64,000 nt of DNA from Cyanophora paradoxa CCMP329 (lineage: Eukaryota > Plantae > Glaucophyta), in assembly GCA_004431415.1 (NCBI GenBank), contig QPMI01000569.1, positions 248,001-312,000 on the forward strand, read 5' to 3'. Below, piece after piece: positions 12,001 to 22,837 of the stretch. The stretch's first letter is position 1, and each line of letters starts with the position of its first letter. Below the pieces are notes generated by a model. It did not search any database. It was not told the DNA's origin and saw only the letters and a list, made by a program, of their open reading frames with translations. The position numbers and the translations under genes were made by a program.

Positions 12001-13029
12001 ACTCAAACTTATTCCAATTGAACTCATTCTCATACTTCTTGTATCGCTTTACATCATATCGGTGTTTATGAGATAGCTCATGTTGATGTAGTCCAATAGT
12101 TACCGCCCATGCGAAACATTTATTATCTTTGTTCTGTGGATTAATCACAGCTTTACGCTTTTTTATTCCTGGTGGGAGGTCAATATAGGAGCTACCTGCG
12201 AGTGGCTGATAAGTAAGAATCTGCAAGCGAACTGTTAAGATGTTTTCTAGCTTCCAACTATCAGGTGAAGTGAGAACCTCCTGCAATGCATCAATTGATT
12301 CATCAACAGTATCAACAATCTCTTGATCATTGACAAGAAGGTAGAATGGGGTGGTCCATTGCATGGTTCTTATTTCTCCAGTTGCCACTTTCACATATCT
12401 CGCCATGCTGTAGAGGTTATACTTAATACCTCGTCTGTTACGAAGAGCATCTCGAAAACGATTGTAAAAGGGATCCCAACGAACAACCCTATCAATAAAC
12501 TCATGGGCAGAAGCGATGTTATCTTTGGTCTGGTTCCTCCAAGTGACCTCACTTACAAGACTATTCATAGCCTGCATCACCTCTGCCTCCTCTCGTTGCT
12601 TCTTCTCATCCTCTCTCTGCTGTTTTGCCTCCTTTGCTATTCTTTCTCTAACCTTCTGCTTCTCAACATTCTTAGCGGTTCTCCCTGCTTTCTTCTGCTT
12701 CTTCTGCTGCTTCCTTTCAGCTCTCTTGTCTCGTTTTTCAGCGATCCGCTCTGCTTTGGTCTTCTTATTTCCACCTTCAATAACCTCAATGTTACCAAAT
12801 CTCTCGATTTCATCCTGCTCATTCAGTCTGCCCTCACCCTGGCAATAATACCATCAATTGTATCGCTTATGTCCTTCAGACCAGCAGATCGAAGTCTCTT
12901 AATGAAGGCAAAGTAACCCAATGCGTTAAATTGCTCTTCATTTATGATTCCGGCACCAAGAAGGTAACCAAGCTTTGCTAGCATTCCTTGTCTCTTTCTA
13001 GCATTCTGAATACTTACTGCGCGAGGCAT
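9003..13029 (-). CDS. Protein-primed family B DNA polymerase, PLV-B (apparent frameshifts near 12830, 12640, 9990)
   Basis: OTU-like KCF...HY, Exo I ADFE, endonuclease-VII-like CYIC..DHDH..CNTC, HNLKGYD, DANNLY, KLMNNSVFGK, TDTDS. Confidence 0.92.
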
Positions 13030-13261
13030 TTTCACTTTTATATATACTCTATATTTTATTTCCTTAAGTCATTTTATACTCGCGTCAAATTTTACCGGCA
13101 AAACCAAAAGTCTCCAACAAAATAAATTCAGTCGAGGGCATTTATAAAAATAACAAAGGGTTGGCTCGATCATCGAACTCTAAAAATAACAGAAAGATTT
13201 ATAGTTTTGCTTCCAGCGCGGTTTCCGCGGGTTCTCAGAGCAATCGCGCTGAGAAAAACGA

Positions 13262-13525
13262 TTAACAAGCATTAACATACTTTGATGGACGTCCGCGGTT
13301 GGTACGAGGAACGTCAAATAGATACTTTACATAGAGAATGGTGTTATTTACATATTGAGCCTTGCATGAAGTCATTATGTGAGCTTGTCTGAATTCTTCA
13401 TCATTGTTGTAGAGTTCGTTCCATTTTGCATTGCGTTTCTCATTAATCCTAGCAAGCGCTAACATACCCTTTTCTGTTTTACGGTAGCGGTAAGTTGCTT
13501 TCTTTTGGGCTTCTGTGATCGTCAT
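13262..13525 (-). CDS. Small basic protein with AT-hook-like RGRP motif
   Basis: TEAQKKATYRYRKT...NRGRPSK; preceded by the ACTTAAAG motif. Confidence 0.6.
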   Translation of the reverse strand: MTITEAQKKATYRYRKTEKGMLALARINEKRNAKWNELYNNDEEFRQAHIMTSCKAQYVNNTILYVKYLFDVPRTNRGRPSKYVNAC

Positions 13526-13878
13526 TCTTGTCCTTTCTACTCTCTTAATATATGTTAAGAAATCTTTAAGTAGTTTTTATGTCGTGTATATATTCTTTGT
13601 GAGAACCCAATCAATTTTTGGTCCCGATTGCAGAGCATCCAGTACGAAAGAAGATGCTGGAAAAATGATAAAGCTACCGATACCCAGAAGGTTCACTTGT
13701 CGGCTGCAAGTTTCTACCACTGAACCCGGTAGAACAGGTGATTAAAGTGATTTACCTATGGATATTTCACTTCGCTCTACAACGCCTCCATAAAAATGAA
13801 GAAGTTTTGAGCCTACGGGATAGGATTGGTTACGTAGCGCTAACAATGTTTGAGAAATTATATTATTCAGATTGATCC

Positions 13879-14640
13879 TTAACGGCGATAACCGGGTCTT
13901 ATACCAAGCTTGGCGAATCCAGAGACCATTGGGGCAGCATTTGGAATCGAGTTGACTGGATCAGCCTGCGAAGTGGCAACCCGAAGGATCGACTTATTGA
14001 GAACCGGCAAATCCGTTTTGTTGGAGTCTTGATACTCAATGGTCTTTGCAATCAATTCTGTAGGTGAGTCTTTTGCCACATGAACAGGTTCGGGAATAAC
14101 TTCATGGGTTACTTCTGGTTTCTTCTCAACCTTTTCCTTTGTGATTGGCTGTTCCTTGATCTTGTTTTCGTTTTTGGTCTCTGCTGCAATACCATCAACA
14201 AGACTCTTAGCATACTGATATGTTACAGATTTCAGTCCACCAGTGGTTGAACGAATAAAGTAGCGGTTGCGATGGTCTTTCTCGGAATAGGTTGAGTAGA
14301 GTCGCTCACCACCATCAAGCAGTTTCAGCAGTATCGATGATGATGCAACCTTGTCCTTTGTGGATGATTTGAACTGTCCTTTCTTGATTCCTCGTTTGGC
14401 TCCGGGCATGCGGTTCAGTGGGACTTGGTCAACAAGGGCATTATCATCATTACTGTTTTTCGTAGTGGCTTGGGTGAATTGGTTTCGTTCTTTATGGACT
14501 TCCTTTTCGAGGTCACCAGTTCCGTATGCAGCGAGTCCTTTCGATTTCTTATACCAGTTCCTTCCATTCTCACCATTGCCAACATCCGCTTCAGCGGCTG
14601 GTTTGGCTAAGAAATTCTTGGGTTGAGTCTTGCGAGCCAT
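13879..14640 (-). CDS. Hypothetical lysine-rich protein
   Basis: 253-aa ORF co-oriented downstream of the penton. Confidence 0.6.
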   Translation of the reverse strand: MARKTQPKNFLAKPAAEADVGNGENGRNWYKKSKGLAAYGTGDLEKEVHKERNQFTQATTKNSNDDNALVDQVPLNRMPGAKRGIKKGQFKSSTKDKVASSSILLKLLDGGERLYSTYSEKDHRNRYFIRSTTGGLKSVTYQYAKSLVDGIAAETKNENKIKEQPITKEKVEKKPEVTHEVIPEPVHVAKDSPTELIAKTIEYQDSNKTDLPVLNKSILRVATSQADPVNSIPNAAPMVSGFAKLGIRPGYRR

Positions 14641-14676
14641 TTGTAATATTGAAACAAATTTATTCTACAGTATTTC

Positions 14677-15564
14677 CTATGACCGTGAGAACGGCAGGTA
14701 GAGTCCCTCCAACTCTTTTATGACATTCTTCAATGCTTTTTTCGTCAGATCTTTATCATCTTCAGTAATCAGTTCAAGAGTCATCGACCAGTCGGTAGTA
14801 ATGTCTGCTGTGGCTCCATTCCAGTAAGAAAGTCTCACATCTAGAGTCTCAACCTCAACCAAGCCATTCTGCTCGTGAACGATCATGGAATTATTCGATG
14901 AATCATATTTTAATAGACTGCCAACCGTTTGGTCAATCTCAATTTTCGCGATAGCATTGTTATCTCGTTTGTTATTGCTCACATATCTTCCTTTCAGTGG
15001 ATCAACATGAAGAAGCAAATAGGAATTAAATAGTAGATCTAATGGCATTTCACTATCAATGTAGTGAGCATAAGTAAAGGCTCCAACTGTGACATTAGAT
15101 GATAGAGGACTCGATTGGTACAGTGTGTTAGCATTTTCAAAACCACAGAAATTGGCTAAGAGTTGAGTGTTCATAGTGATTGAGAATGGAACCTCACACA
15201 TGAACCTTAGAAGCAATGTTGTGGGATCATAGGTTACATAGAAATGGCGAGTGTAAGTTCCGCCACCCGCTTGATTATAGGGCTGGGATCCAATGCGAGC
15301 GATCAGATAATTCACCAGTGAATCCGGTGTATATGCACCTCGGAGGACTTCGTTGTTTCTATTCTTTGGGTTCCCAGCATTATCGAGTGTTTGTGTGGTG
15401 AGGGTTCCTACTTCAGAGAGGTTGTAAAGATTGTGAAACATCTCAAAGTTCGTTACTCGACAGGCTCTGACCTTTTGGATCGCATAAGGGAGTCTGTATG
15501 TGAAATTCGTTGGGGTTCCATCCGATCGGTCCCTGGAATCAATATTGAGATAGTAACGCGTCAT
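14677..15564 (-). CDS. Minor capsid (penton) protein, PLV-B
   Basis: LNIDSRDR..F...LP and LDVRL..WNG...DWSMTLEL. Confidence 0.8.
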   Translation of the reverse strand: MTRYYLNIDSRDRSDGTPTNFTYRLPYAIQKVRACRVTNFEMFHNLYNLSEVGTLTTQTLDNAGNPKNRNNEVLRGAYTPDSLVNYLIARIGSQPYNQAGGGTYTRHFYVTYDPTTLLLRFMCEVPFSITMNTQLLANFCGFENANTLYQSSPLSSNVTVGAFTYAHYIDSEMPLDLLFNSYLLLHVDPLKGRYVSNNKRDNNAIAKIEIDQTVGSLLKYDSSNNSMIVHEQNGLVEVETLDVRLSYWNGATADITTDWSMTLELITEDDKDLTKKALKNVIKELEGLYLPFSRS

Positions 15565-15616
15565 TCTGTTTAATAAAGCATTTTAAAAATTTCTTTTGAT
15601 ATTTTAAACATAAGAG

Positions 15617-16842
15617 ATGGCACTCACTGGAACTACCCTGAAGGAACTCCTCGTAACTCCCGGTTCCGATCAAATTTATCTTTCCCCTGGTCTCCAAATC
15701 GGAACCAACCCCAAATACAAACCATTCCTCGAGCAAGTTCGTCCCCGAGGCAACACTTTTGGCTTCAAGAATACCGCTTACTTTGATCTACCTCGCAAGC
15801 AACTCCTTGCTGGTGTTTCGCTCTATTTCAAGATTGCCACTGGTGGTGGTGTAGCCTGCACCCTCCCAATGGTGGTTCTTCTTTTATTAATGAGGTCCGT
15901 TTCGTTCATGGTGGTTTCAAGTATATTATCCCTGGTGATTGGATCACTGTAAACGCCCTGGTCGATAATGATCACGCTACCATGAGCAGCATGTATGCTT
16001 CTCTCGGTTACTTCAAAGAGACAGATCGTGAAAGCACAGATGAAGCAATGGAATACATCGTTAGAATCCCCGCTGCTTTCTGGGAAGAAGCTTATTTCCC
16101 ATTATGTACGCTAGCCGATATGCCAACAATCGAGGTTGATTTCCGTGATGCTGCGATTGTCCAAGTTCCGGCTGGTGGATCTGTAACCTTTGCGGATTGC
16201 TCTCTGATCTGCCAATTCGTAAACATTGCTTCGGCTGAGGCTGAGACACTCCTTAAAATGGCAAACGAACAAGGTGGCATTCGCATCCCGATCACAGAGG
16301 TCATTCACAAGAAGACCCGAGCGCTCAAAACCGCTGATGCTGGTGAATCTGTTGAGGTTACACTCGCTAATGTTTCTGGTCTGGTTCACTCGATTCTGAT
16401 GACTGTTCGAGAGGTGAACAAACTTAACACCTACACTCACTCGGATTTCTGCGGTCATGAATCTGCTGTTAAGATTGATCAGTTCCAGATCTTCCACAAC
16501 AATCGCTCCCTGGATATATCTAACAAACCCATTTCCGGTTTCCTCTCTGCTGTCAATCACATTCCTTCTCACTACAAGGGTGTTACTGTGGGCAATACCA
16601 CGTACGGATTCGAGTCTGGAAATGTTTATGGAATTGTTCTTTCCAAGTCCGGAAAAGATTCGCTTCGGAACTCGGTTATGGGTTACCAGGATTTCTTCAA
16701 CAGCAGCTCGAGTTACATGGATCTCACTGTTTCGGGATGCACTGATGCTGCTCCTGTTCAGGTTGACATCTATGCCCTACGACACAATGTTATGGTCCTA
16801 AATGGCTACAACATCTCTACCCTGAAAGTCTCGAACTTCTAA
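15617..16842 (+). CDS. Major capsid protein, PLV-B (frameshift near 15870)
   Basis: LKELLVTP, FDLPR, YFPL..L and G..DFFNSSSSY align with the A and D MCPs but are divergent. Confidence 0.75.
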
Positions 16843-16958
16843 GCGCGGTTTCGCCCGCGCGCAACGACCGAAGGAAGTAGATTCTTTTCTTTCGTTAGAG
16901 TAGGAAGCGCAAAATTAGTAGGTAAGGGGTTTATTTTGTTTTTTATCTTATTACTGTA

Positions 16959-17717
16959 ATGGATAACACAGTAAACTTAGATGATATTCCGGAGTTCGAT
17001 CCGAGTAAGACAGTTCGAATCCCAACGAGAATTTTAAATGTTGGTCGCTCCAATACAGGTAAGACAATGTTTACAAAATACTTACTTTACGAGCTTCGTG
17101 ACAAGATAGATCAGATTGTAATATTTAGTTCCACAGCTTTTACTGGGCAATTCAATGACATCACCCATCCCGATAACATCTATGAGGAATGGGATGATAA
17201 CATTGTTTTGAGATTGATCAGTATGCAAAAGAAACGAATCGAGAATAACGAAAAGCGAAATAACCTAGTCATCATACTCGATGACATGATAGGTTCAAAT
17301 TTGGATATGCACAATTCGGCTGTGTTATCTAAATTGGTCACGAGTGGAAGACATTATTCAATCTCGGTAATATTTAATGTTCAGCGTTTATGCTCTATTT
17401 CTACTACGATTCGTCGAAATGTTGAGTTCGTAGTCTTTTTCAATATTCTTGGGAACGAAAAAGAGTTCAATTGCGCCTTTGATGAGTACAATGGTGGAAT
17501 GGATAAGAAGACCTACAAGGAATTGCATAGACTATGGGGCTATAATTATCAAACTGTCATAGCGAGCCTGCAAGGTTATGATATCAAGACCTATACTGAT
17601 AGAGCAGTACTAACTGATGATGATATGAAGGGCTTTAAGAAGTTTGTGAAGAGAAAAGCAATTAAAAGGGGTCAGATGGCTCGGATCCAACGAGAAATGA
17701 CCACAATCAGTGTGTGA
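16959..17717 (+). CDS. A32-like packaging ATPase, PLV-B
   Basis: GRSNTGKT, IILDD, SGRHYSIS...Q, IRRN. Confidence 0.92.
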   Translation: MDNTVNLDDIPEFDPSKTVRIPTRILNVGRSNTGKTMFTKYLLYELRDKIDQIVIFSSTAFTGQFNDITHPDNIYEEWDDNIVLRLISMQKKRIENNEKRNNLVIILDDMIGSNLDMHNSAVLSKLVTSGRHYSISVIFNVQRLCSISTTIRRNVEFVVFFNILGNEKEFNCAFDEYNGGMDKKTYKELHRLWGYNYQTVIASLQGYDIKTYTDRAVLTDDDMKGFKKFVKRKAIKRGQMARIQREMTTISV

Positions 17718-17944
17718 AAGGACGATTTGTGAGAAATATTGTATGACAAGGTAGCTTGAAATAATACGATGATTACGTAGTTGTGTAGAGCTTAACAAGC
17801 GCTTCAAAACGCTATGCAAAACGTTGCGAGTTGACCATCTGGTGGTGAGATACAAGCGTTTGAAGATGCCGATAATCGATTTACCGAAATTTCGACGAAA
17901 TGTCGAACAAATATATACCCCGGTTCAAGTTATTCCTGGGGTTT

Positions 17945-18210
17945 CTACGACGAGTATCAACTACGAGTATATACTACGGATTTATACTATGGAATTATAC
18001 TACAAGTTTATACTACGAGTATATACTACGAAACTCAACCATTGAAAAATATTGAACCATTCATCTATCGATCCGAGATCGATAATGTTGTATGACCCAT
18101 TGATCCATCGATGAGCCACCTATGATATGATAAGACCTATTGATCTATCGATGAGCCACCGATGATGTGATAAGACCCATTGATCTATCGATGAGCCACC
18201 TGTGAGCCAC
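17945..18210. repeat. Subterminal short repeats of PLV-B
   Basis: TATACTA(C)-type units at ~17945-18030, then GACC(C/T)ATTGATC(C/T)ATCGATGAGCCACC x3. Confidence 0.75.
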
Positions 18211-18569
18211 AGAAGAGTCATCGATAGCTGATTGGTCCAAGTCATGCATATGATAATGAACACATCGCCGTGATCGTCATGATCTCCCGAGTCACGTGGT
18301 ATGTCATATATATCATATACATATGTATCGTCATTATGACGTCATATATATATATATCACATATACACAAATCGATATGTTATAGGTATGACTATAAATC
18401 GATTTTGCATGATATATATCATATATACTACATTGATATATCGACATATATACGATTAAAAAACAATTTAAATTCTATTGTTTTTATTGTCGTTTCTATC
18501 GTCATTTCTAGTGTAGAAAATACAGTAAAAAAGCGTTCAAAAAATACAGTAAAAAATGAGAGGTTTTAA

Positions 18570-18744
18570 GTTGTTACTGAGGCTTACTGAGATTTTACGT
18601 TTTGTTTTGTGTGGTTACTGTGAATGGTTTGTTTTTGATTTGGTTTTGTCGAAACGTTTGTGGAATATCGAAAAGTTTAAAGTTTATTCGATTTTATTAC
18701 CATATATAATTTCGTGGGGCAGTATGCCCAATTTACATTTTTTT
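18570..18744 (-). repeat. Right TIR of PLV-B
   Basis: Ends CATTTTTTT, followed by TSD AACAGT. Confidence 0.95.
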
Positions 18745-18750
18745 AACAGT

Positions 18751-18995
18751 ATGTCTCTGAGAAGAAAGAGAGAGCGAAATTGAAGGAGATGCTGCGAAAG
18801 GAGGTGTATAGAATGGGGATTACTGGTCTACCTGATAAGCAATTTATTGGTAAGAAAGAGACTCAAATTGATGAGCAGGCAGTTGATGAGATGAAGACCA
18901 AAACCCAGAAGGGCACCATTGAACCTGGTGCTACCAAGGCAGAGGTTGACAAAGGTGTTGCCCCAACAGTATATAAACGACGAGTTTGGCTATAA
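18751..18995 (+). pseudogene. 3' part of the PLV-A post-ATPase gene
   Basis: In-frame continuation of 6839..7328. Confidence 0.88.
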
Positions 18996-19022
18996 TTATC
19001 TCGCTTTAAGAGAGAGAGCATC

Positions 19023-19256
19023 ATGGATTTCTTGCGAAAAATCATAGAGATGTTTAATCTCCACATTGTGAGCAATTGTCACAGTGGTTGCTGTGATACA
19101 AAAGTCGAAATCGAATTCTCTGACACTGAAAGTCATGGATCTGGTGGTAGAAGATTATCCACAGACTCGGTGGATTTCGAGGAGCATATTAAAACAGAGA
19201 CAGTGAGGCGACGCTCTGTATCTTTCACAGATCCGAAATTAAATCTCGGTAATTAA
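19023..19256 (+). CDS. Small Cys-cluster protein
   Basis: MDFLRKIIEMFNL..SNCHSGCC....IEFSDTE; homolog of 30563..30907. Confidence 0.75.
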   Translation: MDFLRKIIEMFNLHIVSNCHSGCCDTKVEIEFSDTESHGSGGRRLSTDSVDFEEHIKTETVRRRSVSFTDPKLNLGN

Positions 19257-19456
19257 TATCGAATGCTCAGTCTCTCTGAGATCTATGCTATCCTTGAAAG
19301 GAAATCCGCTGAATATGCAACAGAAGCCGCAATAAAAAGCGTAGACAGGAACTGGTCTCGATCTGCAAAAAATGACAAGGGATTTAAGGGTAAGGTGTGT
19401 TTGATTGGTGAACCCGGACAAATTATTTTCTCGTCCAAATATAAGGAACATATCAA

Positions 19457-19684
19457 ATGGAAACTGAATCTGTGGTCGAATTCGAACTTGCAATGAGCGA
19501 AATGGATCCCAATGAGAGAAAAAGGTTGTATGACCGCTTGTATTTCCAGAAACGCTATCAAGATGAGGAGTTTCGTGAATTATATCGTAAAAAGGCACTG
19601 GAACGATATTATCGCAGGAAAGCTGCTGAGATGGATCCCAATAATCCAGTAAAACGCCCAGTAGGTCGTCCCAGAAAATACTGA
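19457..19684 (+). CDS. Small basic helical protein with AT-hook
   Basis: EEFRE..RKKALERYY...PVGRPRKY. Confidence 0.65.
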   Translation: METESVVEFELAMSEMDPNERKRLYDRLYFQKRYQDEEFRELYRKKALERYYRRKAAEMDPNNPVKRPVGRPRKY

Positions 19685-19877
19685 ACCGCCCCAAAGTCCC
19701 AAATATCCGCTGAATCCTTTTTGTTACCATGATCGATCGACTTTTCGATGGATCATTACCATATATCGAGCGCCAATCGGAGAACCCAAAGGTATTTAAA
19801 GGTTAGGCGCCAAAAAATGACAAGCGACCGGAGAAATTAATTTCTCCATTAAGGATAAGAAGCACCCGATTGTTGAA

Positions 19878-22236
19878 ATGAACGCTGCCGCCAAGAAATC
19901 CTGAAACGCCTTGTTGACTGGCTTCGTGAAGACGATGTCCTGTCTGAGAATATCGTAATTCCTGTTGATCCTGATACCAAAAAACCCTTTTCGCTCATAA
20001 AGACGGATCCTGGACTTGGGATAAATTCGATGAAGCCCTGAAATCCGGTAAATATACTGCTTGGGGCATTCTCGCTCGTAATATCATGGTAATTGACTTC
20101 GACGAAGAGGAGGATTTCGCCAAATTCGAGGAGCAATTCCCTGATGATTTCGGTGGTGTCAATCCACTTGCTAAAACCAAAAAAGGATATCATGCATTCT
20201 TTGCCCGACCTGTTGAGTTTGATTCTTGTAAGATCTGGGATAAAGCAGGTGCATTCAAAGGAAACCCCAAGATCGACTGCAAAACGATTGCATCCACTGG
20301 GACTGCTGGGGTGATTAATGTTTGCCCCAGTCCCAACAAAACATGGATCAGAGAGCCATGGGCATCTGAGTGTGAGTTAAATGAACCCACTGCTGAGTTG
20401 CAAAAGTGGATTGTTGAAAACTACGAATTCCCCAAAGGTGCACATTCTTATTATGCAAGGTGCGCTGAGGAGAATTTGCAGAAACATATTCTTTCTAAAC
20501 TCGAAGAATTCGGTTTCATCTTGCCCACAATCATCAATGAGACCAAGATGGGATACAATTTCACTGCTGAGAACAAAGGTCTGGTCTGTCCCTGCTGCAA
20601 GGGAAGCCATGACTCGAACAATTGGTATATTGTTCAAGGAAGGAGAAGGACAAATATATTGTTTCGAGTTACAGTGCAAACTGCAAGAAGCGACTTATCA
20701 CAATTCGTGTGAAGGAAGAGACAGATGCGAATATCGAAAATCTGATTGATCGGTCTGCTGGATCTGATGGTGCCCATTATGATGTTGCACAGGTTGCCTA
20801 TCTTGTTCTGCAAGACAAATACAAGTATTCCAACAAGACCTGGTTCAAGTTCAATGATGTATGTGGGATTTGGGAGATGGATGAAACTGGGAAGCGAATC
20901 TTTCTCTGTTTGAGCTGCAAGGTCTGTCCAGTTTATCTTCAACGTTCTGTTCAACTCGCACAGAGAGCTCTTCGTGATGAAGAGAACCGCAATTCCTTGG
21001 AGGAAAGGTCAAAGATTCTGCTGGGAATTGCTAAGAGCCTCAAACAGACTACATACAGAACTGCACTTATGTCTGATCTTTCAGTTCTGTTCAGTGACAA
21101 GACCTTTTTCGAGAGACTTGATACTGTTCCCAACATCATTGGGTTCACAAATGGTGTATTTGACTTGAACTCCATGACTTTTCGACAGGGACTCCCATAT
21201 GATATGGTGAGTAAGACTGTTGGCTACGATTACACCACAGAAATTGACCAAGAGAAGGTTGCAAAGATTAAATCCATCTATGCAGATATTATTGAATCGG
21301 ATACAGACCGCGAATTCATGCTGGGATTAATCGCCTATGCCCTGAGTGGTTTGACAGAAAATCAGAGATACACTTGCTGGACTGGAATTGGAGCAAATGG
21401 GAAATCACTGCTCCAAGAGTTGGTGAAAGACACATTTGGTGAGTATTATGGGTCACTGGACATGACATATTGGACTAAACCCAAGAAGAGTTCGTCAGAG
21501 GCTTCCCAGAACTCGCTTGCATTCTTGGTAAACGAATTGTTTTCAGTAATGAAGCAGAAGATGGTGATATGCTTCAACTGAACAAAATCAAACAGGTTAC
21601 TGGTGGGAATGAGATGAAGGTTCGAGCTCTTTTCAAAGATCTTGTTACATTCATTCCCATGTTCCAGTTGTTCTTGTCCACAAATGACAACCTGGGAATC
21701 AGTAAACCAGATGCAGCAATCCAAAGGCGAATTATCTACTACCGATTCGAAAATGTCTTCAAGGTCGATCCTCAGCCTGGTGAGAAGAAAGCAGACACCA
21801 CTCTAATGCGCCTAATGAAGAATGATGACGATTATAAAATGGCGCATATGTCCATTCTCCTGGAAATGTGGAGAACCCATTCTCTCAATGAATTCGTCAC
21901 CAAACCACCCCAGTCCATTGTTGATCAAGGTGTTGAATATTTCAATGAGAATGACAAGATTGGAGAATGGATTCGTGAGAGTTATGAACTCACCAAGAGT
22001 CAAGGGATTTCGCCACAAGTGAGTCCATTATCAGTCACTTTAAGATGGATCACATGGGCAAATCTGATGAGAAAATCACAGAATGCACTATCTTGAAGAG
22101 ACTTCGCGAAGTCTTTAATGTGAAGGCTGAGAGAAAGCGAGTCAATGGTGTTCTTGCTCGTGGCTACTTTGGGATCAAAAAGAAGCATAGTCGCAAGTTG
22201 GTGGATGACAGTGATGTTGAAGGTGGGGATGAGTAA
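19878..22236 (+). CDS. Primase-polymerase fused to D5-like SF3 helicase (several single-base frameshifts)
   Basis: Pieces read across frames: K.P, VIDFD and TKKGYH (Prim-Pol), CPCC..H zinc motif, GFTNGVFDL (D5_N), Walker A GIGANGKS, IKQVTGG, AIQRR. Confidence 0.85.
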
Positions 22237-22285
22237 ATAAACAGAATCGATTCTAATACTGATTGAATTTCTTATTTTTTAAAAA

Positions 22286-22446
22286 CCTTACTGTAAATGG
22301 TTTGTGTGACAGCTGTGACACCTTTTTAATTGAGTGTGACGCCTGTGACGCCTGTGACGCCTATTTTCAAACTTTTTAAAATTTCAAAAATCTACAAACC
22401 TCTGAAAACAGGTGTCACAGCCGTCACAGGCGTCACACCCAATTAA
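22286..22446. repeat. Inverted third copy of the GTGAC iteron module, directly downstream of the helicase
   Basis: Reverse complement closely matches ~1960-2140. Confidence 0.88.
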
Positions 22447-22589
22447 CCACAGACTCCCCCCTGTGGGTCGATGACTTTTTCGATTCTTTATCGGACAATA
22501 TAAAAACGTATCGCAAATCGGTGTGTTGTGACAAAACTTGACTGGCGATTTAAGGGTTCATTGCGTTTTCCCTTTGACTTTGACAGAAC

Positions 22590-22781
22590 ATGGATTTTTT
22601 CGATGAAATTCGGCAGCAGCTGGTCGAAAAGAATGATATTGCAGAGGTAGCGGAATATATTGCAAAGATCAGAGCGATTAATGGTAGACCATATCAAAAG
22701 AAGCGATTCTATGCAAGCAGACTCGACACAGTTAATGTATATGTCCCCAAAGGCACGAATGTGCGAATCATTAGAACCTGA
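22590..22781 (+). CDS. Hypothetical small protein
   Basis: 63-aa ORF preceded by an ATTTAAGG motif. Confidence 0.45.
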   Translation: MDFFDEIRQQLVEKNDIAEVAEYIAKIRAINGRPYQKKRFYASRLDTVNVYVPKGTNVRIIRT

Positions 22782-22837
22782 AAAATGCGAAATGCGTTCA
22801 AATTGCCCAAAAATAATATGTTCCCTTAAAGTAAAAG

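Larger units (their letters stand above)
7329..18744. mobile_element. Complete compact Polinton-like virus PLV-B (11,416 bp) nested in PLV-A
   Basis: 175-bp TIRs and 6-bp TSD AACAGT (7323-7328, 18745-18750). Encodes integrase, pPolB, penton, MCP and ATPase. Confidence 0.95.

Noticed and set aside
1677-22446. Inverted iteron copies as TIRs of a separate element
   Set aside because: No TSD, the copies are diverged and internal, and gene content continues across 22446.
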